Below, piece by piece: positions 46,781 to 60,000 of a stretch of 64,000 bases of DNA (its first letter is position 1; each line of letters opens with the position of its first letter). Under the pieces are notes generated by a model. The model had not been told where the DNA came from. It searched no databases and saw nothing but the letters and a program-made list of their open reading frames with translations. The position numbers and the translations under genes were made by a program. The DNA is taken from NCBI GenBank assembly GCA_040954595.2, contig CM082597.2:850886-914885 (forward strand), read 5' to 3'. The DNA is from Balanoglossus misakiensis. Taxonomy: Eukaryota; Animalia; Hemichordata.

Positions 46781-49700
46781 CTACGAGGGCGGGCTTTCTC
46801 CTGATTTGTCGCCTTCTTTCTGTTTCTTCAGAAATCTTTTGAAAGATTCGTACTCCTTTTTCTCTTCTTCCTCTGAAAGAATAAAAGCCATTACCATGGT
46901 GATGAGTTTTTGTTAAGGGCAATACTTCGGTAAACGTCCAGTATTTTGTCACTAGTTCACAGAATTAAAATGGTGAATATAGGTATAGGTAATATAAAAG
47001 TCATCTTTGTAAATCAACAAACATTTCAAATGATGATAGCAAGTCAACTCACCCTCTTCATTCAGCATGGAGGGTTCATCGTCATCGTCACTGTCTGGTT
47101 GGCCTGGCCCTATCACTGGTGTTAGTTTCGATAGTTGAGCTGTTAATGAAAGATGTGAAAATGTTTATGGAGGCTGATTAAACGGGTGTGGCACCCATTT
47201 AATACACAATATGTTCATATAGCAATGTACAGCTACAATCACCTGTTGATAAGACATTCATGTACACCTATTGGACAAATCTAAATTGGAAAGTAAAATC
47301 TTAAAAATTATGCAAAAAGTGACAGCTCACAGGGCTTTATGTATGTCTTGGTAGAGTGACTTGTAGACGCATCTTTACCTGTGGCTTGTGCGATGACACC
47401 CTCCTTGATATCAATGGTTTCTCCCTTCCCCATGTCTTTTGTTAATCTCTCCAGTTGCTCTTTTTGCTTCTGTTCATCGGATTTCAGCTGTGAAGATACA
47501 GTACAGATCAGAATAACATTTCTAACATCTATCCATTCATCCATCCATCCGATATAAACACATACATACATCCATCCATACATACAGACGCAACCGTTCC
47601 CATAAGGTCCCACTGGTATATATACCTATACAAATGGGACCTAAAAATAATCATTCTAACTCACCTTTTCTTGTTTGAGTCTTTCATACTCCGGTTTGTA
47701 TTCTCTGCAGAAAAAAAATAAATGTAAACAGCTACAGAAAGTGTATCACTTTTGAAAGAACAAAAGATGACTAACTTTTAAAAGTAAATCATTGTTGTTT
47801 AGTTTATAGACTTGAGCCCAAGAACACCTTGGAATCTTGCAACAGCCATCTTAATGGGTTGACCCCAAAGCATAGAAATATCACAAACATATGCAATTAT
47901 CCAATGACCTTTAACCCTTGACCCATGACTTACGTTTTGTACTCATTCACGGCCTCGTCCACTTTTTCAAAGAATTCATCGATTCCACTCCCAGTCACTG
48001 CCGACACTCCAACTGCCTGGTGAGAATAGAATAACTTTATTTTAATACAAGGACATTATGTGTGTTCAAAAGCTAAATAGGGAGGTTGTCTGAACTGCAC
48101 ATGTGCAACTTTAAAGCTCCAATTACTCATGTGACTGTCATGTGACTTCCATGTGACTGTCATGTGACTTACCCTGAGATGTTCATAGAACTCATCCAAG
48201 ACAAGGCTCATAGATCTTGTCAAGTTGGACGTGTAAGACGTCTCACTCTCCAACGCTTCTTGGAATGCTTCAAAGTCTCGCATCCATTCCACAGCGAATT
48301 CATTGTCAATGATGTCAGTCTGTGAGAGAAATATTAATAGAGAATGACAATAAGATCAAAACATGATTGAATGAAACTTTGACAGAAATCAATTCCGGTA
48401 AGTTGGAGTAATGATACCAATTTCAGACATGCAAACTACGAAAAAATGAGCAAGTTAATCTTGTTCTCCTTACCTTATTCATTACAACGATAAACGGTAA
48501 TCTGTATTTGTAAAGAATACTGCAATAAAAAGTAGAGAAAAAAATAGATCAGACAAATCAAATATGATCACATTAAAGGATTACCATGGCTGATGCTTCA
48601 TAAGAGAAATTAATTCAGCAAACGTTTCAAAAATACTCTGTACGATACAGCCAAATATACCTCGGTGGACTTACCTACATGCATACAGCATATTGGACAT
48701 GAATGTGACAGGATTGACACTTCGCGGTGTGTCCATGACATAAACTACAACTGTTGGGAAAGACGATGCCTGCAGAAGGAAAAAAAAATATTTTATGAGA
48801 TCATTATGATTGGAAAGGTATACAAATATTATACACATGAAGAAAATCAAACAATAATATAGGATACATGCGCTATGCACATTATATGAAACATTCTAAT
48901 TACCAGAGTTTCTGATATGATTGCACCAGATGCTGACCATGTAAATACTTCAATCTGCCCTGGTGTGTCAAGTATCACATACCTGTAAGAGATGAAAGAC
49001 CACCTTTCAAGTTTAGAAAGCATAACAACTGAGCATGTACAACTCTCCAGCTTGTAATGACTGTACTACATGTAATAGTAGTACATCTGCAAGCTTAATC
49101 ATGACCTCTACATGGATATGACATCATGCAAAGGTCTACTCTCAAGCTGGATTCAAAGAGTTGAACACAATGTAGTAACAGACCACACTAATATAATAGA
49201 GGTGGAGGGGAATACCAATGTCATTAGAGTGGATTCAGAGAGTTGAACACAATGGAGCTAGTAACAGATTCACCAATATAATAGAGGAGGACAACTATAC
49301 AATGTGTGGAAGTAGAGGGTAGGACCATCAGAAAGGCAGTGAAAGTTAAAGTGTAAGCAACCTACTTGCATTCTGTACTTCTTTTCTCCACAAACGTCAT
49401 CACTTGATCGAATCTTGTCGCAAACAAATTGAGAGACGTCATTATACCACCATTAGGTCCCAATCCATATTGTTTCATGACCTCCTTGTAATTTACTGTG
49501 TCACGGACATCTGTAAATTGTACAATCAAAATAAATCATTGAAATTCTGTGAATACAGTTTTCGTGTGTACATGGAAAGAGTTTAAACCTGATGACTTAC
49601 CTATGTTAGCCGGGAAAGGTACATCATGCACTGCAGGGTCCAAGTTGATAACGTAAGGTGGTTGCTTCTTTGCATATAAGTGAGCTGTCAATCTCTGAAA

Positions 49701-50221
49701 TGGAAAAAGATAGAGATACCAGTCACCAATTTGACAAATCTAAGTATTGTTTGCATATATGTGGCGTGGTTGTGGGGTCTTTTAATGTTACATGACCCAA
49801 ATTCAATTCGGTAAATTACACGTGTGTAACACATACAGTGATGCAAGACAGGTAGTATGTAGCCTTCCATGACTAGAATGAAGGCTGAAGTATCACAGAA
49901 TCTTTGGAACCATTTTGGTTGTAAATGCTGAATAAATTGGTGGCTTTGGTTGGACGTCAAAACAAACTGTTTACACACTGCCCATCCATAATACAGAACA
50001 CGTGTGTCTGACGTCCATGGGCATGGTGGCCCACAGGACTGTGGCTTGAAAATTTGTATCATAGCAGCAAAAAATACCTGAACAAATGTGGTTTTTCCCG
50101 AGCCTGCCATCCCCAAAATAATAAGACACGCTGGTTTTTCACCAGTTGAGCTTTGTTCGGCGACCGAAGGCTCATTTTCTGTCGCGACATCTCCCTTGCT
50201 AACATCTGCGGCGGCGGCCAT
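46781..50221 (-). CDS. GPN1: GPN-loop GTPase 1 (XAB1/MBDin; RNA polymerase II assembly and import), ~386 aa, 12 coding exons
   Basis: Exons: 50078-50221, 49601-49694, 49366-49510, 48904-48982, 48675-48769, 48474-48519, 48173-48319, 47934-48016, 47665-47704, 47379-47487, 47053-47139, 46781-46872 (1161 nt, open). Motifs [79 protein letters not shown]. Confidence 0.96.
48128..48170. repeat. Short 10-11 bp minisatellite (catgtgact core x4) at a GPN1 intron 5' end
   Basis: tcatgtgactgtcatgtgacttccatgtgactgtcatgtgactt; the last copy overlaps the GTAAGT donor on the minus strand. Confidence 0.75.
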
Positions 50222-51604
50222 GTTTGTTGTCGTCACAGTAGACCTCAACGGCGAATGTACGTGTGCTTTTGTTTTCTTGTCATTAATTTGTTCTCGGACG
50301 AGGGCAGTGCGTTGTCAGTGAATCTTTCTTCTGAACTCTGGATCTGAACAGATAAATGTAAAGAAAGTAAACGACATGCACATTTCAAGAATGCAGGAAC
50401 TCAACAGTACTATAAGCAGTTCAATTCACAAACCATTCATTTCAGTGTGTTTGAGATAACTAACAATGTCAGAGTTTCTGGCAGATTTTTATTTTTTTGT
50501 CATGATGAGTGTTGACAACGTTTTAACTTTTTTTTTCGGATTTAAAGTTCCATCAACAATTTAACGCATTAGTTTCTATCTAAAAACAATGAATAGTTTA
50601 CTGTAAAATAACATTAGACGGACAAATGGCGTCACATGTCTCATAAATATTGGTATTTGGAAACAGCTTGTGTTTCGCTGATTTTCTGTCGTAAACTCAC
50701 AGGCGCTTCAGGGTAAGTGGTACTTGGAATGAAGCGTTTATATAACTCTGTTTTCAAAGTTGGTGCAACCCCGCAGACGCGTCACTTTTAATACATTCTG
50801 CGGTGTCCTGAAAATGCGAAAATGTACTGCATCACACCGTTCAGACACAGAAAATTGTCATTTTATTACAATATAACAACGGGTGGGGGCTGGTTCCGAA
50901 TTTATTGTAATCTTCTCAGAGAGCATGACCACATCAGTAACAGCTGTTCAATAAAACCCATCCATTGCGACCGCGATAATTACGTATGATATGTCTTATT
51001 GATATCGATACCCAGCTCTGTCCGGACCGCGTTTTAGGTAAGTAACATGAATCTGACGGTGATTTTGCAAGATGTGAATTTTCTTTCCATTAGCACAAAT
51101 TGATAAACAGTCTTATTTATTCTGTGAGTTATCTCCTGTTTTGTTTTCGAGTAGCACGTTATTGCGGTCGCGAATCATGCAAACAAGTCCTTCCATCTGT
51201 GCAGTATATGTAAACACGCTCTTCAAAATGTATACCAGTGGTTCTTTTAATTATTTCTCTTCGCGCAAATATTGGCTGTAAGTATTCACTGGGTTCATTG
51301 ATCCGTTAGATGCGAATAAGAAACTGGTAAGTGACTGGGGGAATGCAGAGATGAATATTGGTCGTCGACAATTTGTACCGACACATAAGCCTAGCACCTG
51401 GTCGGGAAATGTACACTTGCTATTTTCTCCATTTTTATATTTGAATGTTTTGAAAAAATACTAAAAATCGGCAAAAAGCTAGAGTTACTGGGGCTTTGAG
51501 TTAAACTATTTTTCAATCGACTTTTACATAGTTCTGATGTGTTTAATTCGCTGTGGTTCTCTTATATACAGTACTGCCTGGAATGGTATGATTGAAACAG
51601 TTCT

Positions 51605-52789
51605 ATGATGGAAATTAACTTCGCTTCGATTCTGCGCCAACTCGGTAGCAACCGCCGTCGTATCTGGTACGCCATCTTGGCTACATTCGTGTTCGCCACC
51701 GGGGCTTACTTCGAAGTCTGTCTCAGATTAAGCCACTGGAATTCTACGGGGGAGACGCAAAATGAACTTGAACCCATCCCCCAAAGAGCATTCCCCGCCA
51801 CTGGAGTAGAGGAAACGACAACGGATGTGCTGAGTGGAAGTGACGTCACAACTATATCAGAGATGGCCTCTGATGTGTCGGACGGCTGCATAAAGGTTGT
51901 TAAGAAACTCATCAATGGCGGCATAAAATTCAACGCAACAAATGACAATGATCGTCTCCCGATATGTCAAAAAGACCGACGAATAGTGAAACATGAAGCT
52001 ACACGTCACAAGGAAGCTGTCGTTCCCAATATAGCTCACTTTATCTGGTTTTACGACCCAAAACCTCTCCGCTTTGATCAGTTCATCTCCATTTTGAGTG
52101 CCCACACAGTAATGAAGGCGGACAAAATCATGTTTCACACGGTTTCTGAGCCTTATGGTAGATATTGGGATATTCTTAAAGAAACCGTCGATGTACTAGA
52201 AGTCGTTCACACCTACTTGCCAAAGTTTCCAGGTTCAAACAGATTCCACAAGGCAGACCTGAAGAAATTAAACATTCTCCTCCAATATGGCGGAGTCTAT
52301 TTAGACCATGACGTCATCGTGGTGAAATCATTGGAACCATTACGTCATTATGACTTCGTCATGGGGAGAGAGCAACCTCTTAATCCGGATTACATGAATA
52401 ACGGCGTCATACTGGCCAACAAAAATTCTCAATTTTTAGAAATATTCCGTCGTGGTTACGATATTATGTACACTCGAGAATGTTGGGCGTGTGACTCGAT
52501 CCTTTACCCAAACGCCCTTGCGATACAGTTCCCGGATTTGATCCACGTGGAAGAAAAGTCATTCCATTACATGTATGCCACTCACACTTTTGAGGGCCAT
52601 TTCCCTTGGTGGGAAGAACACTACACAGTGCACACATTCGTTCGACCGTATCTGGACGGAGTCAGAGACATCAACGAAGCTCTACAGAAAATTAATCTCG
52701 TTCCTAGGCGCTTCGAACAAGATGTCAAAACTTTGAACACTTCATTCGGAGAGATGGCACGATATGTTTTATACGGAACCAAACCTTAA
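51605..52789 (+). CDS. GT32-like DxD glycosyltransferase (alpha-1,4-GlcNAc/Gal transferase, A4GNT/A4GALT-like), type II membrane, 394 aa
   Basis: N-terminal TM IWYAILATFVFATGAYF, a stem, then VVPNIAHFIWF, HKADLKKLNILLQYGGVYLDHDVIVVKSL (GGxYxDxD signature) and NNGVILA. An acceptor at 51570-51571 and upstream GTAAGT donors suggest non-coding 5' exons. Confidence 0.88.
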   Translation: MMEINFASILRQLGSNRRRIWYAILATFVFATGAYFEVCLRLSHWNSTGETQNELEPIPQRAFPATGVEETTTDVLSGSDVTTISEMASDVSDGCIKVVKKLINGGIKFNATNDNDRLPICQKDRRIVKHEATRHKEAVVPNIAHFIWFYDPKPLRFDQFISILSAHTVMKADKIMFHTVSEPYGRYWDILKETVDVLEVVHTYLPKFPGSNRFHKADLKKLNILLQYGGVYLDHDVIVVKSLEPLRHYDFVMGREQPLNPDYMNNGVILANKNSQFLEIFRRGYDIMYTRECWACDSILYPNALAIQFPDLIHVEEKSFHYMYATHTFEGHFPWWEEHYTVHTFVRPYLDGVRDINEALQKINLVPRRFEQDVKTLNTSFGEMARYVLYGTKP

Positions 52790-55700
52790 CTGGCGTCGTT
52801 CAGTTCAACCACAACTAGTAACAACCACTTTTTTTGCAATGATGTACACTGTGCCAGTTATACTTCCCCCTGCTTTGATTTAATTTAGCAACTGTGTCGC
52901 ATGGGACCAGGCGCAGCCGCACACGGGACGACATTCGCCCTTTAAACTCATATAGGCACTAAGCTTCTATCCAGTGAACGTTTATTTATTTGTGAGACGC
53001 AGATTATTGTCAATATTAATGAATGACAAGTAAAGACGCTTGCGGCATGGGAAAATCGAAATCGCATCGGATGCAACTTATCAAACACAAAATGAAAAAC
53101 GCATAATCTGTGACTGGGGCGTATGAATAATTAATTAACCAACCAGGAACTCTTATTGTACTCCGGGGTAGTTCGCGCATGCCTTGTAGGGACCTCAGGA
53201 AATCTTGTCTTTCACGAACCCAAACGCGTGACTAATTAAATTAAGATTTTGATTCAGTCGTGTGTTTAAGAAAAATCTATTTATTGCGTCTCGGTTTTAT
53301 CAGCTGCCATATCGCAAGTCGCTGGATATAAATTCCTGCCAATAATCGAAAAGAGTGATTCTAAACAAATATTTATTGAACCGTCTGAAATGGAAAATGT
53401 CAAAATACCATTGCACAGGGAATTCACAAGAGCGTGCCGTAACTATACACATTTTAAAAGCGACTGAATCATGATAGATACGTCACGAGCGGAGAGGGGG
53501 TTCATATAAAGAACAGTGGATTTCTCTACAAATCACCAAGGTCAGGACATGGTCTAGAAACCACCATCCTCAAGCAATAACTTGAATTTGAAAGAAGAAA
53601 AAACACCTGAAAGTGAAGCAGCGGACCGGTACACCGAGAAAATCGCGCATATTTGAACTCCACAGATGAAAACTTTCTCGAAATGAATTATGTCCAATTA
53701 AAGAAGCACAGTATTCATGTATCCAGCCTCGTCCCCGAGTTAATTTCCCTCAGTTTTACGACCACTTCCTCTCGACGCGCAAAAGAGGAAACCCAGTAAA
53801 ACTTAATGAAAGATGTAAAAAGGCGCGGGAAAGGAATGACTATATTTTACGACTTTATTTCGAAGTAAACTCCATTAAACAGCCTTTGGAATCGTATTTC
53901 AACGCTCATAAATCAGACGGCGTGAGAAATGACGATCGGTGGTGTGTAAATCAACTTATGCTTTCAAATAAGCGGTTACACCTGGTATGATCGAGTGACT
54001 GTGCACGTGAGAGGAGAATTTCCTATAACGTGATCTGATGATAGTTCAAAGCCTCGAATTTTGGCTGTGAGTGTGTAAGAACGACAAAAACGTGGGCAAA
54101 CTGAGCTGAGGACAGAAATAATACAGACTTGCGGAGCCCTGGTTGTCAGAGACTTTACTATAGATAAGGGCGATATACTAGTACTTAGAGACAGACAGAC
54201 AAACCGAGACAGACAGACACGCGATCAAGGCAACATGCTAAATCCAATTTTCTATGCCAGGTCAAATTCTGAAATTATGCAATCCATTAATACCACTACA
54301 ACCCAGTAAAACAACGGAAGCCAATAAAGAAATTCTCATTTATCATTCCACAGATGTTGTAATATTATTGTTACTTAATAAGGTAAAAAGCCAAGTGAGG
54401 TCAGCAAAGCTTACTTAATCGGTGGTAATATTGAATTATTTAGAAAATACTCGCAAATTTTCATTAGCTCGAGTATCGGAAAGGTAATATAGGTAATGGA
54501 GCATTGAAACCGTCTACATTTGTGTGATTTGGAAACATTAGAGTCTGAGTGATATAAATGGTACCATTTAGAATTTTTAGACACTGCTGGAGGTTCCAAG
54601 TCCGTCTGTCTTCTGTCTGTCTGTCTGTCTGCCTGCCTGCCTGTAAATGCGCTTAACATCAGACTCCAACGCAACAGCAGTGTAGGCGACTCCAACATGT
54701 TGCACATTTATAAAAACTGATAAATACTGAGTGCACAGTTCTGACCAACAATTATGAAGAATAAAATGCAATTCAATCTCAGATTAGTCAAACAAAGACA
54801 CACCGGACAACAGCATGCCAACAAAATGTATAAATGCGACGAACACACGCAAACACGATATTGGATATTCTTGTTATATCCAAGCTGTTGCCTTAATCAC
54901 TACAAATGCCTTCAGTATGAAGAATCTGACCCCACTAGTTTTCAATTCACCAAACTGACATTTAAAAGTTGAGCCTTGTATTATTCTAAATGAAGAACTG
55001 TCTACCAGATTGTAAAATTAATATTTTAATATTATGGAGAATATTCTTTACATCATCGTGTGATGAAATAAATTTAATCTCTTGCTTTAAAAATGAAATC
55101 TGTTTCCATGGTGTAAGTTGCTTCATATCAATAAACGTCAAATGTTGAATGGACTATGCCATTACATTTAGAGGGGTGTCAATCCAGTGAGGGACACTAA
55201 CTTGGTGTTGACAACAAATTCGGCCTTGGCAATCCGTGTTTGTTTATTTATTCCTATACATGCGGGAATTTGAGTTGCTAACGAAACGCTAATGTTTCTG
55301 ATTAATGTAGTCGAATATGTCTATGTTAGCCTTATCGGGGGTAAAAACCCACCAGGAACTAAACACAACCCATTTATAATAATACATTGAATTCTTTCCA
55401 TTGATCGACCCGATCTAGTTCAGCCGCTGTCGTCAAAACCAAGAACGCGTACCTTTTCATCGCTCGATGTCACTTTATGAACTTTGACAACAACAAAAAC
55501 CTTAAGCTGACTGGGTTTGCGAAAGGCAGTCGCGACGAAGTGAAGCCACGTTCATACTTGGTGACGGTCTATGCAGCCAGCCCTCTCTGGGTAGACGTTT
55601 GATCCCATTGGGATGGATATGTATTGAAACACCATTTTCGGTGAGTAACAAAAAGCAGATAAAAAAATTTCTCAAGTTTATGTATACTCTTTATGGTCTT

Positions 55701-57026
55701 GGGTTCTGTAGAAGGTAAATTTATCAATTACATCTTAGATCATTATCTCTCCCCTCTGGGAAAGATGGGGAGATGGCTTATTATATGTAGCATGTAAATT
55801 TATCATCACACCAGGATTCTTATCCAAAAATCTTCAGTTGATGAACAAAATAAAAACACCAACAACTATAGCCACACAGCTAATGGAGTTTAACGATCAT
55901 ATTACATGTACCATGATAGAATCATCAACATGGCGATTTTTTTCGGCTGGTCGTTATATTACAGGAACATTTCATTTGTGGAATCCTATCAGATCAATAC
56001 GACTGCTTTCATAATTGATTGGATAGTTATATTAATCGACCGGTCTCGGCATATGCACAAAGGCATCGCCATCTAAAAACACAAATGAACGCAATACACG
56101 GCTGAATGATTCGAACGATTTCATCTCCGACCGCCCATCACAAATGCCTCTGTAACACACTGATCGATGTCCACTCTATACCGACAGGTGTAGCCAGAAT
56201 TTACGATCAATAAAAGAGAAAAGAAATATAAGGCAAACATGGAGTTTAGTAGATTACAGTTAACGAGCGAATTTAAGATCTAAGTTTTCGAAATATGCTT
56301 CACCCCATTTTGCGCAGATTAAAATGAACCCCCTAGGGTGAATTTGACGTGAAATGGCTATCATCAATGGCGTGGCCAGCCAGTATGTCCTGACTGATTA
56401 CTCACTTAGTGTCACTGTCGGTTTTAGTTCTAAGAGAAAGACAGGACGTTCCTGGTCGCTCTCTAATTGTGTTTTGATTAAAGGAAAATGGATGGGTTTT
56501 ATGAAAGCTTTGCTTTGTGCGATATTAGTCTCCAAGCCACGGTAGCAACGAGTCTGGACCCTACAATCTGTCGCCGCCCGTTCGCTGATGTTTCAGTCGC
56601 AAAAAGAACTGCGCTCAGTTTTAACTTGAAATTTCAAAAAAGCCTTCAATGAATAAAGGGAAAGAGGAAATATATAAGTCAGCGTGAACTGTTTTAATGA
56701 ACATTGAAAGTATGTTCTTAGATAGGATTTTATACACGGGGCCGGTCACCAAGGTTCTTATATAGGTATTTTTTAGATAGGATTAGTAATTTACGACACA
56801 ACACAAGCGTTGCTTGGCCAAGCGAGCTGTACACACACAAGTTTTGACGAAATGACACGTCGGTAAATAGCGCCCCTAATGTCACATGTTACGAATACGT
56901 TCGTTTTAGTGGCTGTTATGTTTTGTCGCCAACTCTCTGATGGTAAAAAATTCCACTTATTGGATACCACGTTTTAAATTATTAACTGGGCTTGAAGTTA
57001 AATGCCGGTCAGTCAGTCAGCCAGGC

Positions 57027-57062
<36 letters not shown>
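57027..57062. repeat. (TGTC)n microsatellite
   Basis: About 9 perfect tgtc units; similar shorter tracts at ~54190-54220 and ~54613-54642. Confidence 0.9.
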
Positions 57063-60000
57063 AGTGGTTGGTTTGATGGGTAGGTGGACAGGTAGTTAGT
57101 TTCCCATGCCAATTTGTCAGAAAATTGATTCCTGGATTAGCCGTTTAGAGGGGGTGGTCAATTTGACAAACGCAGCGGTACACTCAACATGCAAAAACTG
57201 CCACACGTCTGAATTCACAGTTGCACGTAGCCAGCTATAAATCTGAAACAGTCTACCGTCTGAAGAAGGCTCTTAATACGGTGTCAAATATGCTGAATGA
57301 CGCCAGCAGACGATAACCCGACTGAACTCTCACACTCCTACTAGCGAACAACCCTCCATAAAAACCCACTTGGCACGATAATATACAACAAATCAACCGA
57401 CATGCATGGTTAGCAGAACAATCCGAAGTCATGACTGTCTGACACGCAATAATAGATTTATAGAGACTACATGTACATACCAGACGCGTCAATATGACGT
57501 AAGATTCCTAATAAGGGAACCTAGCACTCCATATTATGAACAGAGAACATTAATTTTGTGACTTTAGCAAGTGTAGACAGATTGCTTCCAACGGGCGTTG
57601 CGGCACCATCATTGATTTACCATCTTCAACAAATGCGAGTCATCTTTCTAACGGTTAATTTGCACTTATTGTGTCTCGGAAACCACGGAAACGGGAAAAG
57701 GTCGATCTTTTGGCAATTATTCGATAATTTTGAATCATTTAGAAGTGTGTTTGTCCGGCTAACAGTAAATAACAGGTTGTAAAAATTCTAAAGCTCTTAT
57801 CAGCCGGCCCCGCACGGTAAGATGTAATTGCCCGATGTAGTACGCAATTAATTGGTCAACAAAGAATCAATGTGTTAGTGTACAATCCAGCGAGAACAAT
57901 TTGTTTAATGTCTGAACGCGAAATTATACAAACGGGGTACCAGGCAAGCTTTGTCCCGGGGCTAAGAGATCGTTCTGACCTTTTGCGTGTGGTCAAACTT
58001 TATCTGTGACAATTACCACCCGGTATGTGGACACAGGTACTCAGAGACAACAGATTTACATCATTTATCAGTCCTCTTGTCTCAATTGATTAACCAATCT
58101 CTGATCATTAATAAACGTCCTATTGCAATTCATACAACTGAGTATCACAACACTACCTAATTACGACACCTTATCTGACCCCACTGTTATGTCAGTTTAA
58201 TTAACACCACACAGCATAGCAACATAGCAACGCATGCCTATCCTCTTTCAGATCATCCCTTCCTGTATCGATATCAATAATACTATACATCATGTTAACG
58301 TATTTAATATAGCTATGAATCAACCTGGTCCAAAGAACTGCTTTACCTACCAGCAAGCGTTCACTTTCATAGAATGTGAATGGTTTAGTCACGCATGCGC
58401 TCTTCTAAACGATCACGTGTCAATGACCCGACAATCTATCAAGCAAATCGTGCGAGTGTGTAGTGGTTTTATCATTGAAGTCCATCTTGATGTCCTGACC
58501 GGGGCAAACTGTTCTAACGATCCTGTTCTGCATTGTTGTGTGACACTTCACGATATCGATTTTTGAGATGTGGGCGTACGTTTGGAATTCGTCGTTTTGA
58601 AATACATCCAATTGTTCCCTGATTGCAAGCTTCTATCGCGACAGATTTAAAAAAAAACAAGCGCCTCTTTAATTAAGAAACTTTTGTCGACAATTATGTG
58701 GAGATAGTAAAAAAGTTGTTGGGAAAATATTCTAATTATTGCCACAGGCAACTGACTAATGAAGGACGGTACACGAAGCGGTATGAGGGAGATGGAAATT
58801 CACTTAAAAGTTTTCACTTGACCATTATGTCATTTATATCAATCCTATCGTTGTTTTTGAGGACAATTGCCGGCCAAACTCGACAGACGTCATGTGCGTC
58901 ACTCCAAGAAAGGAGCTTTGTTACAATTTTTGTCAATATTTGCCGCTCTTTGGTGCCATTAGTGAAAGTGTCCCATTTACAGAACTGTTTAGAGAGCGTT
59001 GTAATGACGATGTAGGTAAACATCGGTCTAAATCATCAATGGGTCATTAAACGGCGAATGTTACTATAAAATATAGCCGTTGCTTGAAAAGATAGTCTAA
59101 CAAATGTGACATTCGTTCTTGACACAATTTATATTAGCGGAAAGTTTGGACTATAACTGTCTGAACTTAATGGTACGACAGTTTGCAAAACTGAAGAAAT
59201 ATGCAGTGACTACAACGTCAAAACAGTTACTGACACCTTTTAAATTCGTCCAAAAATACAACTTAATAATTCTACTGAATAAATTTTCTCCAAGACAGCA
59301 ATTAATTTCTACTTATTGACTATCGAGTTTCTTTTTGTTCCGTGACGCGTGAAGGCCTTTGCTGGCACGTGGGACGCTAGTTAACTTGCACAGAACATAT
59401 ACAATAGCTACGATTAAGTTTCAAATAACGTTGAAATCGTGCCCAAAGTCAACTCCGAAAAGGAACGATTAATCAACTGAACGGCCGAAGGACGACTTTT
59501 GTGCTTTATCTTGAAACAACTAGGTCGTAATTTCACAGAGAACGCCTAGACGCTCACATCATTGTCTTTCGAATAAAGGCTTTTCTTTTTTATAGTCACA
59601 ATGCGCGTGTAAATGTTCCTTTGTCGTTGGGAAGCATCGTTTCATTTGCTTGTCTTCGGAGAAACGCGCATAGCTCGGAGTCAGTGCATGGGTGTGACGC
59701 AAGCAGACCGTTATATTTGTTCAGAGTCTACCGGCATATAAACTCGACTAGTTTCAGAACCATACCCACGGGCTTGTGAAACGCGGATCCGGGCAAAAAT
59801 TACCTGGTCGAATTAGACCAGTCACGTGTTCACACCTCAAGTGTTTTGGGGGGCTTGATTACGTGGAGAGTCGCATCAGGCCTGTGTCCAGCGGTCTGGC
59901 GGGGTGTCTACGTGATTCTATCGCAGCCTATGAGCGTTTGACTTTGCTATATTCTATCTGACCGACAAGACATCTGAACTAGCCATGGGGAACGCGTTTC

